NCBI RefSeq assembly: GCF_019084245.1
Contig: NZ_JAHRFE010000022.1
Direction: 5' to 3' (one strand)
DNA: 64,000 nucleotides
Origin: Hoeflea sp.
GTDB taxonomy: Bacteria; Pseudomonadota; Alphaproteobacteria; Rhizobiales; Rhizobiaceae
This document shows, one piece after another, positions 1-8,332 of the stretch. Every line of letters begins with the position of its first letter. The first letter of the stretch is position 1. The translations under genes and the position numbers were made by a program. A model generated the notes under the pieces. It had not been told where the DNA came from and made no database searches. It saw only the letters and a program-made list of their open reading frames with translations.

Positions 1-240
1 AAACAGCCTAAACCAGTCAGGCTAGAGACGTTTGCCGTAGCCCGCATAAGCCCCGAATTGGTCAACGCTCTATCGGAGGCCATCCAAGACGCAGAGAAAT
101 ACCTAGGGGCAATCACTCTCTGCATTGATGAGTTTCTTTATTGTGGCGGAGAGTCAGTCGAGGCGACTGTGGGGCTAGATATCGAAGCACGAGCCTTTGA
201 GGCAACCATTGCTTCGTATATTGCAATGGCCAAGTCTTGA
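1..240 (+). CDS. hypothetical protein, 5'-partial
   Basis: frame 1 is open from base 1 (KQPKPVRLETFAVARISPELVNAL...) to TGA at 238-240. Confidence 0.5.
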   Translation, partial: KQPKPVRLETFAVARISPELVNALSEAIQDAEKYLGAITLCIDEFLYCGGESVEATVGLDIEARAFEATIASYIAMAKS

Positions 241-288
241 GGGACAAGGGAGTAATCATCCGGCGCAACCTCACCCCCCCCCTTGCGC

Positions 289-303
289 GTTCCGGTAATG
301 TTC
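289..303 (+). promoter_or_regulatory. alphaproteobacterial LexA (SOS) box
   Basis: GTTC-CGGTAAT-GTTC, exact GTTC-N7-GTTC, 13 bp upstream of the ATG at 317. Confidence 0.75.
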
Positions 304-316
304 CTATTGTTAGGCC

Positions 317-679
317 ATGCCCGAGGAATATTCGAAGTACCACCGCCACCCCGCAAAGCCGGTCCGCACGCTGCAGCACGCCGCCAACGACGGCCAGATT
401 ATCGCGGTCAATTGCAGCCTCTGCCGACGCCATATCAACTATCTGGCGTCAGATCTCGTGCAGGTTCTCAATCCCGCCAGGCCAGTCGACGCGCCGCCGT
501 TCGCGTGCTCTCGGTGCGGAAAAGCCGATTACATGAGCGTAAAGGTCAAGACGCCATCCGCGGGCGATTATGGCCATCTGGTTATCCGACGCCTGCTAGG
601 CGTGCGGAGTGTCTGGGAATGGGGCAACCGGCCGCTGGGTGATGAAGTGAAGCCGGATGCAGGCCGAAAGCGGAATTGA
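317..679 (+). CDS. small Zn-ribbon protein (two CxxC pairs)
   Basis: CSLC...CSRC; LexA box upstream; near an SRAP gene. Confidence 0.7.
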   Translation: MPEEYSKYHRHPAKPVRTLQHAANDGQIIAVNCSLCRRHINYLASDLVQVLNPARPVDAPPFACSRCGKADYMSVKVKTPSAGDYGHLVIRRLLGVRSVWEWGNRPLGDEVKPDAGRKRN

Positions 680-683
680 CGGC

Positions 684-911
684 TCAGCGGGCTTCGAGCC
701 TAGCTCTTGCAATTTCTCGATCAGTGCGAAGATTTTCGATTTCAGCAAGTTCAAGGTTAGTGATCACCGAAAGTAGCGATTGCCAAATCACGCTGCCTGC
801 CCAGCCAGCGGCCCGCGCTTGAGCAATTGCAGCGATCAACGCTGGCTCAAGGGCTTCCTCGCATTCCAGGTCATAGTCGGGATGGACTGGCGAAAACCTA
901 GGCGGATTCAT
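684..911 (-). CDS. conserved small hypothetical protein of rhizobial prophages
   Basis: AGGAG RBS; DLECEEALE...ARAAGW pattern recognised from similar prophage ORFs. Confidence 0.6.
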   Translation of the reverse strand: MNPPRFSPVHPDYDLECEEALEPALIAAIAQARAAGWAGSVIWQSLLSVITNLELAEIENLRTDREIARARLEAR

Positions 912-974
912 AATCAGCGCACTCCTATGGGACGCTGCTACAAGCCGTCAGACGCCAAATGGTTCCGCGAAGGC

Positions 975-1613
975 TCAGGCAGCATCCACCATCACAAGCT
1001 TGCCGTCCGGCAGCGGCCGCTGCAGTTCCTTCGCTTCCTCCCAGGGCGCCGACAGCCAGGTGTCGATCTCCCCGGCCGTGGTCAGGATTACCGGCATCGC
1101 CTTCGGGTGGATCGGCGCGACCACGGCGTTCGGCTCTGTCGTGAGGAACGCAAAAATGTCGGCCTCGACCTCGCCTTCTTTGACCTTGCGAACGCTGGTC
1201 CAGCGTGTCCAGATACCGGCAAAGACAAAGAGCGGCCGGTCCTCCGCTAACGCGAACCAATGGAGAGGTAGCCTCTTCGTCTCAGGGTCACGGTTTTGGC
1301 CATATTCCGAAAACTCAGTCGACGGCACTACGCAACGACTCTCCACGCCAAGCCAGCGCCGCCAATGGGGCGATGACACGTTGCGGACATTGGTCACGCC
1401 GCCATCGGCCTTGCCCTTGATGAACTTGGGCGGTGTTGGCATGCCCCAACGAGCACGGGCCAGCTCGCGCTTGCCGTCGCTATTGCGCACGATCGGCGCG
1501 GAGTAATCTGGGTAGATTTTCCCCGGCTCAAGGTTGCCGGCATGACTCACGACCGCACGCGTGAACTCCAATATGGCCTGCGGGCCGCTCGTGAGATTGT
1601 ATAAGTTGCACAC
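975..1613 (-). CDS. SOS response-associated peptidase (SRAP/HMCES/YedK family) abasic-site protein
   Basis: N-terminal MCNLY (catalytic Cys2), RWG, RCVVP..F.E, FAGIW, HPKAMPVIL motifs. Confidence 0.92.
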   Translation of the reverse strand: MCNLYNLTSGPQAILEFTRAVVSHAGNLEPGKIYPDYSAPIVRNSDGKRELARARWGMPTPPKFIKGKADGGVTNVRNVSSPHWRRWLGVESRCVVPSTEFSEYGQNRDPETKRLPLHWFALAEDRPLFVFAGIWTRWTSVRKVKEGEVEADIFAFLTTEPNAVVAPIHPKAMPVILTTAGEIDTWLSAPWEEAKELQRPLPDGKLVMVDAA

Positions 1614-1671
1614 GGCGTTCTCCTTCTCGGCTAGCCAAGCTTAAGAACGCCTAAAACGCAAGGATGCGCCC

Positions 1672-2346
1672 TCAAAGCACCGGCACGAAACGGCGCTCCG
1701 GATCAGCCCGCTTTCCGAGAAAATCAGGCCAATAGCCGACGACTCTTTGGGTGATCTCGGCTTCTGTGATGGTGGTTAGCAGCAATTGGCCGCCGACCGT
1801 TGTTGCGGCAGTGCCAGGATAGTTCGGCATATCCGCCGGCTTCCGAAACGCTTGAAAGAAGCGATGCCCCACATTCTCAAGCCCACATTCAAGCGATTGA
1901 TATGAAAGCCCGGCCGCAAGTTCCTCGCCATTGCCGCTGATCCACAGATCTTCCAACTCCTGCAGCACCATCGGCGCCATACCGAAATCGTTATCTCCGG
2001 TGGCAACGGCGAAGTTGCGGAAACCGAAACGCTTGCCCCACCCTGATATCAAGAAGAGTGACGTTGGCGGTAGCGGACAGGCTCGCCGTGACTTTAGAAG
2101 CGCCAGCCGCAGCTTATCTATCGCGTCGTCAAAATCCATCTCTGCGCACATGTTCGGGATAACGTATTCCGCCATGAAATTGCTTACCGGGATCGTTTCG
2201 CCACGCACCGTCACTGCGGCCCGCAAGCCCGGCAGCAGGATCGTCTTTGGCGACAGGCCAATCATGACGCCAGCCATATCGAGGATGAGAGTGTCGGACA
2301 AAATCTCAATTCGGTCGTCCATAACTAGGGAAATGGCGGCACTCAC
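1672..2346 (-). CDS. putative Ntn-hydrolase, proteasome-beta/HslV-like fold
   Basis: after Met removal S1, D17, K33, G48; C-terminal VGG..TTIT; homologous to 57828-58514; GTG start overlaps upstream TGA. Confidence 0.6.
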   Translation of the reverse strand: MSAAISLVMDDRIEILSDTLILDMAGVMIGLSPKTILLPGLRAAVTVRGETIPVSNFMAEYVIPNMCAEMDFDDAIDKLRLALLKSRRACPLPPTSLFLISGWGKRFGFRNFAVATGDNDFGMAPMVLQELEDLWISGNGEELAAGLSYQSLECGLENVGHRFFQAFRKPADMPNYPGTAATTVGGQLLLTTITEAEITQRVVGYWPDFLGKRADPERRFVPVL

Positions 2347-2558
2347 TTTTTGAGCTTTCTGCTAATCAAGCGCGCGCCGGCTCCTGATATCTGCGTGCCC
2401 AAGATCAGCGCATTAAGCCCGACGACTGCACTTAGCGCCGTGTTGGTAAACAGGAAGCCGCCGATGGCGACGCTCAAGCTAACCAGTTCCGCGTTGGCAT
2501 AGGACGTCATTGCCAGCAGCAAGGCGCTGGCCAGGAATAGTTTATTGATCATTGGCAT
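2343..2558 (-). CDS. 71-aa hydrophobic peptide with basic C-terminus, resembling the N-terminus of phage tail-tip proteins
   Basis: GGAG RBS, signal-like N-terminus, coupled (GTGA) to the downstream gene. Confidence 0.5.
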   Translation of the reverse strand: MPMINKLFLASALLLAMTSYANAELVSLSVAIGGFLFTNTALSAVVGLNALILGTQISGAGARLISRKLKK

Positions 2559-2722
2559 GGTTCTCCATCGCGCGGCGCGTGCGGCCGGCGCGTGATTTGT
2601 CTTTTAGTGTGGTGGTTGGTGTGTGGGGTGGCGCCCATTGCAGAGTGCCGATTTTTGGTTGCGCGACAACCGATTGCATGTTTTAGTATATGTGCTTGTA
2701 TAATTAAGACGGGGCAAAACAC

Positions 2723-3025
2723 ATGACTGAAGATGCGATTGAAGATCCGCTTGCAGACTCTGTCGGGTCTGACGGGGTGCGAACTTGGCAGATATTTTTA
2801 CGGAATGGAGACAAGATTGAATTTCGCGCGGCGTGGAATACCAATCAACAATTTTCGCCGGGAGTCTTTGTGTCGCATGTTGCTACCTGTCATCGGACTG
2901 GCGGTCGACCCGATATTGGGATAAACGTAGTTTATACATTTCCGAAGACTAATAACTCTGACGTCGGAGCGATTCGACTGGCGATCGATGTTATAGAGGT
3001 CGCAGCCGTCGTTCAGATTCCGTAG
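2723..3025 (+). CDS. hypothetical protein (AT-richer moron)
   Basis: ORF with AT-rich upstream region containing TATAAT; opposite strand to the head operon. Confidence 0.5.
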   Translation: MTEDAIEDPLADSVGSDGVRTWQIFLRNGDKIEFRAAWNTNQQFSPGVFVSHVATCHRTGGRPDIGINVVYTFPKTNNSDVGAIRLAIDVIEVAAVVQIP

Positions 3026-3145
3026 GGTAGAGACTGCGGCGCTATGCGGCGGCGATTTTGCTGCCGGTTATAGACATTCACGAGACCGAGCGTAGTCTGA
3101 CCAACAAGGTAAGTCGGGGGGACCCAGTATTGCGTTCTTATTACA

Positions 3146-4051
3146 TTGTCTAAATGCGCTTGGATCATCGCAATTGCGCTTGGACTGAATATCTGCCTAG
3201 CAAATCTTGCACGCGCTCAGCCAGTAGACGAAAACGCCCGCGGCGGCGATCGTGCCACTGAACGCCAGCAACAACCAAGCGCAGACATCAATCCAGCACC
3301 TCCGCCGTCCATTCAGGACCTGCTCCAGCGCATTGCCGGCGCGCTGGAGGCTGGGAATGACAAGCCAGAGTCCGATGCCGAAAGGGAGCGCGCTAAGCGC
3401 GATCTTTCTGCTCAAGAAGCCATGGCCAAGTGGGCCAAATGGATGCTGATCGCCACCAGTGCTAGCGTCATCATTGGCGGCTTTAGCCTGTTTCTTATTT
3501 GGCGCACCGTAATTTACGCCAAACAAGCCGCCGTGGCCGCTCACGCTACGGTCAATGTCAGCAAAGAAATTGGCGTCGCGCAAACGCGCTCCTATATTTC
3601 CGTAATCGGAGGGGGGTTTATTCTCAATAAAGGTGGGTATTCCGGCTTCATTGACGTGAGCAATAGCGGACATTCCCCGGCGGTTAATCCGAAGATTGAG
3701 GTCACAATAAATCTGGCGGAGGCATGGTTCGGCGGCGCAACCATGGGGGCCAAACCGCCGCATCGCGATATCCAGCCTTTCGTTGGTAAGAAGGATAAAA
3801 TTCAACCCGGCGAAACCTCGCGTTTCTATTTCTTTTGGACAAAGGAACAAATCGCCGAAATTTTTGATCTCCTCAACCATGGCCGAAATACCGTTGTCCT
3901 CACCTGCAAGCTGAGTTCCGAAACCATCTATCCCAAGGTGGTTGATAAGGGGGCTTGGCAACTTACTAACTACCCCGGCTTCGTTAGGGTTACTGATGAA
4001 AGTCGTGTGGCTGAGGGAGTCTTGTACCCCCGCCAAAGCCAAAAGAAGTAA
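3146..4051 (+). CDS. predicted exported/membrane-anchored hypothetical protein (moron)
   Basis: signal-like N-terminus, internal TM segment WMLIATSASVIIGGFSLFLIW. Confidence 0.6.
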   Translation: MSKCAWIIAIALGLNICLANLARAQPVDENARGGDRATERQQQPSADINPAPPPSIQDLLQRIAGALEAGNDKPESDAERERAKRDLSAQEAMAKWAKWMLIATSASVIIGGFSLFLIWRTVIYAKQAAVAAHATVNVSKEIGVAQTRSYISVIGGGFILNKGGYSGFIDVSNSGHSPAVNPKIEVTINLAEAWFGGATMGAKPPHRDIQPFVGKKDKIQPGETSRFYFFWTKEQIAEIFDLLNHGRNTVVLTCKLSSETIYPKVVDKGAWQLTNYPGFVRVTDESRVAEGVLYPRQSQKK

Positions 4052-4135
4052 TGCGGCCCCCGCCGCGCGAAGTCTCATGGTTCCGGCCTACTCAGCGCTG
4101 GACAATTCATGGTGATTTCCTGTTTTAGAGCGCGG

Positions 4136-5791
4136 TTAGACCGCGAACATGCTCAAATCGCTCAGGTCCGCGTCCTCATATGAAGACCGGCCCGACGCGC
4201 CCTGCGCGGCCCGCCCTATCGAGATAATCGCCGCAACGGCCGGATCTATCTTGTCAATCGAGCGCTCTTTCAGCGGGCGCCTGTTGCCGCTGGCGTCGGT
4301 ATGCAGGACAACGTTTCCGATCGCCCAGCGCAGCATTGGATTGCCGCCATGGACTAGCCGGCGCTCGAACATGAGCGCCTCAAAGTCAATGACGGGCCGC
4401 GCGAAGGTGGCGATGTTTTGCGGAAACTCGGCAACCGGCAGGCCATCGTCCTCAAGGGATTTCATGATGTCCTGCGCATGCCACCTATCGAAGGCGATTT
4501 CCTCGACCTGAAACCGTTCGGCCAGGTCGCGGATATAGTCCTCGATCATGCCAAGATCGATCGTATCGCCGGGCGTCACAGTCAAGAACCCCTGATCGCG
4601 CCATAGGGCATAGGGGACGTTATCCGTTCGCCGGCGCACCGCACCCTCAGGACAAAAGGTCTGGACGTGCAACGCGTAGCTGTCATCGGCTAGCGGTACC
4701 GCCAACGATACGGCCGCCAAGTCGATGCGCTTGGCCAGGTCGACTCCGATCCATGCGCGCCGCCCCTCGATTGCGGTAAGGTCCAGTTCACCGGAGTTTT
4801 CATCCCAGACGTCTAACGACCATTCGGGGTTAGCCGCGCCATCAAGCCAGACATTCAAATGAAGTTGGCGGAACATTTCCCGATCCGCCGGCCTGTGTTC
4901 GGCTTCGCGCACCATCTGGCGCATGCCGTCGACGTCGGGATAAGGCGGATCGCACGAAAGGCCAGGGTTGACCCGATGCCAAACCGCCTCATCGCGCCAG
5001 TCTTCCTCGGGGTCAGCTTCGAACAGGATCGGGAGAAACGCATTGTCTTCGATCTGTCCGGTGGCGACCGCCTTGGCATATTTGTACATTTCATGGGCAA
5101 TGTTTTCGTGCCCGATTCCGGCCGTGGTGGTGACAACCAAAAGGCTGCCAGGCGTCTTAACAAGGCCGGTTTTGATGGCGTCCCAAAGATCGCGCTTTTT
5201 CCATGCGTGAAGTTCATCGACCAGCGCAAAAACCGGAGTGCGCCCATGAGCCGTTGCCGCGTCGGCTGACATCGCACGATAGAACGCGCCGGATCGCTTG
5301 TGTGCAATCCGGTTTTTCGTGTCTTGAACTTGAAAGGCTTCGGCCAGCCGCGGATGCGCGCCAATTACGCCTTTCATTTCCTCCAAGGCTATGCGCGCCT
5401 GATCGCGGTCAACCGCTGCGCTAACCACCTGCGAACCCGGAATCCGTTCCGGCCCCAAGTGCAGCATTGCCAGCGCGGCGCCCAGCGTGGTCTTGCGGTT
5501 GCCGCGTGGGATTAGTGCGAAAACGGTCTTGATCCGTCGCGTGCCGTCTGGCTTTGTGTCGCCATACACCTTGCGGAGAATGCGCTCCTGCCAGCGGTCC
5601 AATTGAAAGGCCCGCTTAGTGGCCGTGCTCTTTGGATGGCGCAACGCTTTTAGAAACTTGACGGCGCGTTCGCCTTTTCCGTGCGGATCAGGAATGATGG
5701 AGTCGTCAAAAACCCACGCGGGATAGGCAGAAACATTTCTGTCCGAAATGTTTCCTTCAGATATCGCCAAGGGCGTCGTCGTCATCGTCAC
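4136..5791 (-). CDS. terL: phage terminase large subunit (Terminase_1 type)
   Basis: Walker A-like PRGNRKTT, Walker B LVDELHAW, nuclease GVDLA and IDPAVA motifs. Confidence 0.95.
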   Translation of the reverse strand: MTMTTTPLAISEGNISDRNVSAYPAWVFDDSIIPDPHGKGERAVKFLKALRHPKSTATKRAFQLDRWQERILRKVYGDTKPDGTRRIKTVFALIPRGNRKTTLGAALAMLHLGPERIPGSQVVSAAVDRDQARIALEEMKGVIGAHPRLAEAFQVQDTKNRIAHKRSGAFYRAMSADAATAHGRTPVFALVDELHAWKKRDLWDAIKTGLVKTPGSLLVVTTTAGIGHENIAHEMYKYAKAVATGQIEDNAFLPILFEADPEEDWRDEAVWHRVNPGLSCDPPYPDVDGMRQMVREAEHRPADREMFRQLHLNVWLDGAANPEWSLDVWDENSGELDLTAIEGRRAWIGVDLAKRIDLAAVSLAVPLADDSYALHVQTFCPEGAVRRRTDNVPYALWRDQGFLTVTPGDTIDLGMIEDYIRDLAERFQVEEIAFDRWHAQDIMKSLEDDGLPVAEFPQNIATFARPVIDFEALMFERRLVHGGNPMLRWAIGNVVLHTDASGNRRPLKERSIDKIDPAVAAIISIGRAAQGASGRSSYEDADLSDLSMFAV

Positions 5792-6164
5792 CAGGCGCGC
5801 CCCCTTTGTTCTTTGTTCGGCTTGCAGGCGTCAGACCTAGCTCCGCGGCTAGCCGGCGGGCGGCCTCGATCGCCTCTTTAAGGATGGTTGTTTCAGGCCG
5901 GCGCTTAAGGTCGCCGCTTACCGAAACCATTGTCAGCCCTTCGGCTTGCAGGATCGCTTCGGCCTCCCGCTTGCGCGCAACGCAAAGGCAATAGTCCTCG
6001 ACCGTCCCCAATTCGTGCGCGGCAATTTTCCGATCGGCGACTAGCTGCGGAACCACGCGCGCCCATTCGGCGCGGCCGTGCGGTGGCAACCAACGCGGCG
6101 CCGGCGGCGCTTTTGATAGCGCCCCGTCAAGCGAGTTGATTTCCGGTTTCCTGCCCCTGGCCAT
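5757..6164 (-). CDS. terS: phage terminase small subunit (P27 family)
   Basis: MARGRKP start, PPAPRWL, LGLTPASR motifs. Confidence 0.9.
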   Translation of the reverse strand: MARGRKPEINSLDGALSKAPPAPRWLPPHGRAEWARVVPQLVADRKIAAHELGTVEDYCLCVARKREAEAILQAEGLTMVSVSGDLKRRPETTILKEAIEAARRLAAELGLTPASRTKNKGGAPGDDDDDALGDI

Positions 6165-6166
6165 GG

Positions 6167-6745
6167 CTATTCCCAATCGTAAGAGCGGAAATTGTCGAGC
6201 GTCGATTCCGCACCATGTGGAACGCTCATCATGGAAACATCCGAAACGGATTCGCGGTTCTCGAAATAGCTTGACGCGATCTGCAGGATCGCCTCACGAA
6301 TTGCCGCCGGCACGTCGGCCGCAGTGGCGCCATAGCCTGCGACATACCGAACGCGGACGGCATTTATCGTGGCCTTCGGCGTTGGCCACCCGCTTGCCGC
6401 TGGCGCAATCCAGCCCGGCACGCTGTATGTGTCGACCTCATAATCCGTGCCAGCGGTCAAGGTGACTTCAAGGCCGGTATCCGGTGCGACGTATTTGACG
6501 GACGTGACGGACTGCAGCCGCCCAGCGGGCAGCTTAAGAGGGCCGCGCGGGAACGTGTCTAGCACCAACTCGAACTCAGTCGATATGAACGGAAACCCTA
6601 GATAGCGCTCCGCATATTCGCGGGCCGCTGTGATCTTCTTCTCAATGCCAGCGTCTTCATCGGCGTATTCGATGCGCGCGTGACTCTTAAATTCAGCGAC
6701 CGTCACCGGCTCGACGGCCGGCGCGGTTATCGTGATGACAGCCAA
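6167..6745 (-). CDS. head-tail connector (gp6-like, long phiE125 gp8 type)
   Basis: EPVTVAEFKSHARI, VPAAIREAILQ...YFENRE motifs. Confidence 0.85.
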   Translation of the reverse strand: MAVITITAPAVEPVTVAEFKSHARIEYADEDAGIEKKITAAREYAERYLGFPFISTEFELVLDTFPRGPLKLPAGRLQSVTSVKYVAPDTGLEVTLTAGTDYEVDTYSVPGWIAPAASGWPTPKATINAVRVRYVAGYGATAADVPAAIREAILQIASSYFENRESVSDVSMMSVPHGAESTLDNFRSYDWE

Positions 6746-6764
6746 GGCGGCCTCCTAGGTTAAA

Positions 6765-6845
6765 ATTCCTATTTAGGATGAATACAGAACGTCTCTACCC
6801 CGCTGGTCCAGGCCAAACGGCGAGAAATTGACGACCGCCCCCCGG
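6765..6845 (-). other. probable cos/packaging region
   Basis: minus strand GGGGGGCGGTCGTCAATTT...GACCAGCGGGG...CCTAAATAGG, resembles sequences between HNH and terS of HK97-like phages (pattern inference). Confidence 0.45.
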
Positions 6846-6875
6846 TTGTGCGAAGCTTTGAGAATGGGAAACGAG

Positions 6876-7319
6876 ATGAAAGTATTTCTTCGTTTGGTTC
6901 TCGTGCTGTTCGCGAGCACGATAGCGAACGTGTCCCTGGCTTCGGACAAGGAATGTCTTTCTCCCCACACAAAATATGATGTGTGCAAAGCGGCTAGAGA
7001 GATCCAAGAATCGATGGCGCCAATGCTTCCCATGACAATGAATGCAAACATGACGTTGACTTCGGTGGCTGCTATTGGCCCTATATTTGCCTATTACGTT
7101 AGATGGACGCAAACATGGCCTGAGATCGAAGCTGCCATGCAAAACGCTGGCACGACAAAAGCCGCGCTTCTACAGATGATGGATGCACAAACAAACGCGA
7201 TTATTTGCGGGCAGGAAACTACTGCTGCATTCATCGGTCTCGGAGGAACGGTCCAGTACCACTACATCACATCTGATGCAGTCCCCGTCACCACTACAGT
7301 AGTGTCTTCGTGTCCCTGA
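6876..7319 (+). CDS. secreted protein, possibly PA3611/AspS pilotin-like fold (moron)
   Basis: signal peptide MKVFLRLVLVLFASTIANVSLA; LP...T..SV...G...Y; C...GG..QYHY...C pattern; lower GC. Confidence 0.55.
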   Translation: MKVFLRLVLVLFASTIANVSLASDKECLSPHTKYDVCKAAREIQESMAPMLPMTMNANMTLTSVAAIGPIFAYYVRWTQTWPEIEAAMQNAGTTKAALLQMMDAQTNAIICGQETTAAFIGLGGTVQYHYITSDAVPVTTTVVSSCP

Positions 7320-7324
7320 ATTAC

Positions 7325-7687
7325 TCAGCACTGTAGACGCCCGAACGCACCCTCACTCTTGATCGCCTTGCGCCTGTTGCACGTGTCGTGAAATGGCTGC
7401 CAATTCGATCGGCGCCAAAACAGTTTCATGTCGCCTTTCGGCGCCTCTATGTGATCCACCATGTTGGCAGCACGACCGCAGCCACAAGCGCATAGCGGGG
7501 TGCCAAGCGCTGCCAGCCATGCCTTGGACTCCTTGGCCCACTTGCCATCATAGCCGCGCTGTGCGGCGCTCCCACGCGCCAGGTCACTAGCCTTCTGGCG
7601 TGCCTCTGCATTGCGCTGCTGACAGTCGCATCGCGTGCCCTTCGGCACTGCATAGCCGCACGGACAAATGACATTCGGCATGTTCAA
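7325..7687 (-). CDS. HNH endonuclease (terminase-associated)
   Basis: RGYDGKW, CACGCG, VDHI, N...H..CN..K. Confidence 0.9.
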   Translation of the reverse strand: MNMPNVICPCGYAVPKGTRCDCQQRNAEARQKASDLARGSAAQRGYDGKWAKESKAWLAALGTPLCACGCGRAANMVDHIEAPKGDMKLFWRRSNWQPFHDTCNRRKAIKSEGAFGRLQC

Positions 7688-7876
7688 TTCCTCTTTATGA
7701 AAGGGGCGACCATCATCCCGATGGCCGCCCCAGTGCGGTTCGGCAGAACCGCTTTTGCGCGTCGGACATCACCCCGACACTTGGCCACCCATCAGCACGC
7801 TATGACCTTCAGAAGGTGGCGGCTCGTGCTGACAGTTAAGGATTGACCCAACCCCAAGGATACGCCGCCGGATTGG

Positions 7877-8263
7877 TTAGGATACAGGTCGCGAAGCGGC
7901 ATGGCCCTTGACCACGACGGCGCCGGCCGCAATGGACGTGCCGCTGTTCTTTGTGATCACGGTCCGGATATATCGTTTGTTGCCAATGTAAGACTGTTTG
8001 TAGACCGTGCTCGCCGCAAGGGCTGCAGGCAGCGTGCCGATCAAGTCGGCCGCGGCAACGTCGGCAAAGTCTTCCGACGTTGTGGTGTCGGATTCCTGCA
8101 GTTTCGCAGTGAAGTTGCCGCTGGATACGATGGCGCCGGTGTTGACGACTAGGGCAGCAGAGTCGAAGCCCTTAAGGTCGATGGCGGCGCTGGTGTCGGT
8201 TGCGGCAAGCACCTGCGGCACAACGGCCGCCACGACGCCAATATTATGCGAAAGATCGCGCAT
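7877..8263 (-). CDS. conserved head-associated protein following the capsid gene
   Basis: MRDLSHNI...IDLKGFDSA...KLQESDTT; near-identical motifs in the paralogue at 63707. Confidence 0.8.
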   Translation of the reverse strand: MRDLSHNIGVVAAVVPQVLAATDTSAAIDLKGFDSAALVVNTGAIVSSGNFTAKLQESDTTTSEDFADVAAADLIGTLPAALAASTVYKQSYIGNKRYIRTVITKNSGTSIAAGAVVVKGHAASRPVS

Positions 8264-8332
8264 GGGTATTCCTTTCAAAAGGGGAAGCGGGCCGCCGAAG
8301 CGGCCCTATAGGATGTTCCGTATGGAAACGGC

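Noticed and set aside
3197-4078. 293-aa antisense ORF containing KAANDD, with ATG after terL
   Set aside because: It is exactly in codon register with the plus-strand gene, so it stays open simply because that gene avoids TTA/CTA/TCA. The motif is not AANDN and the product has no recognisable features.
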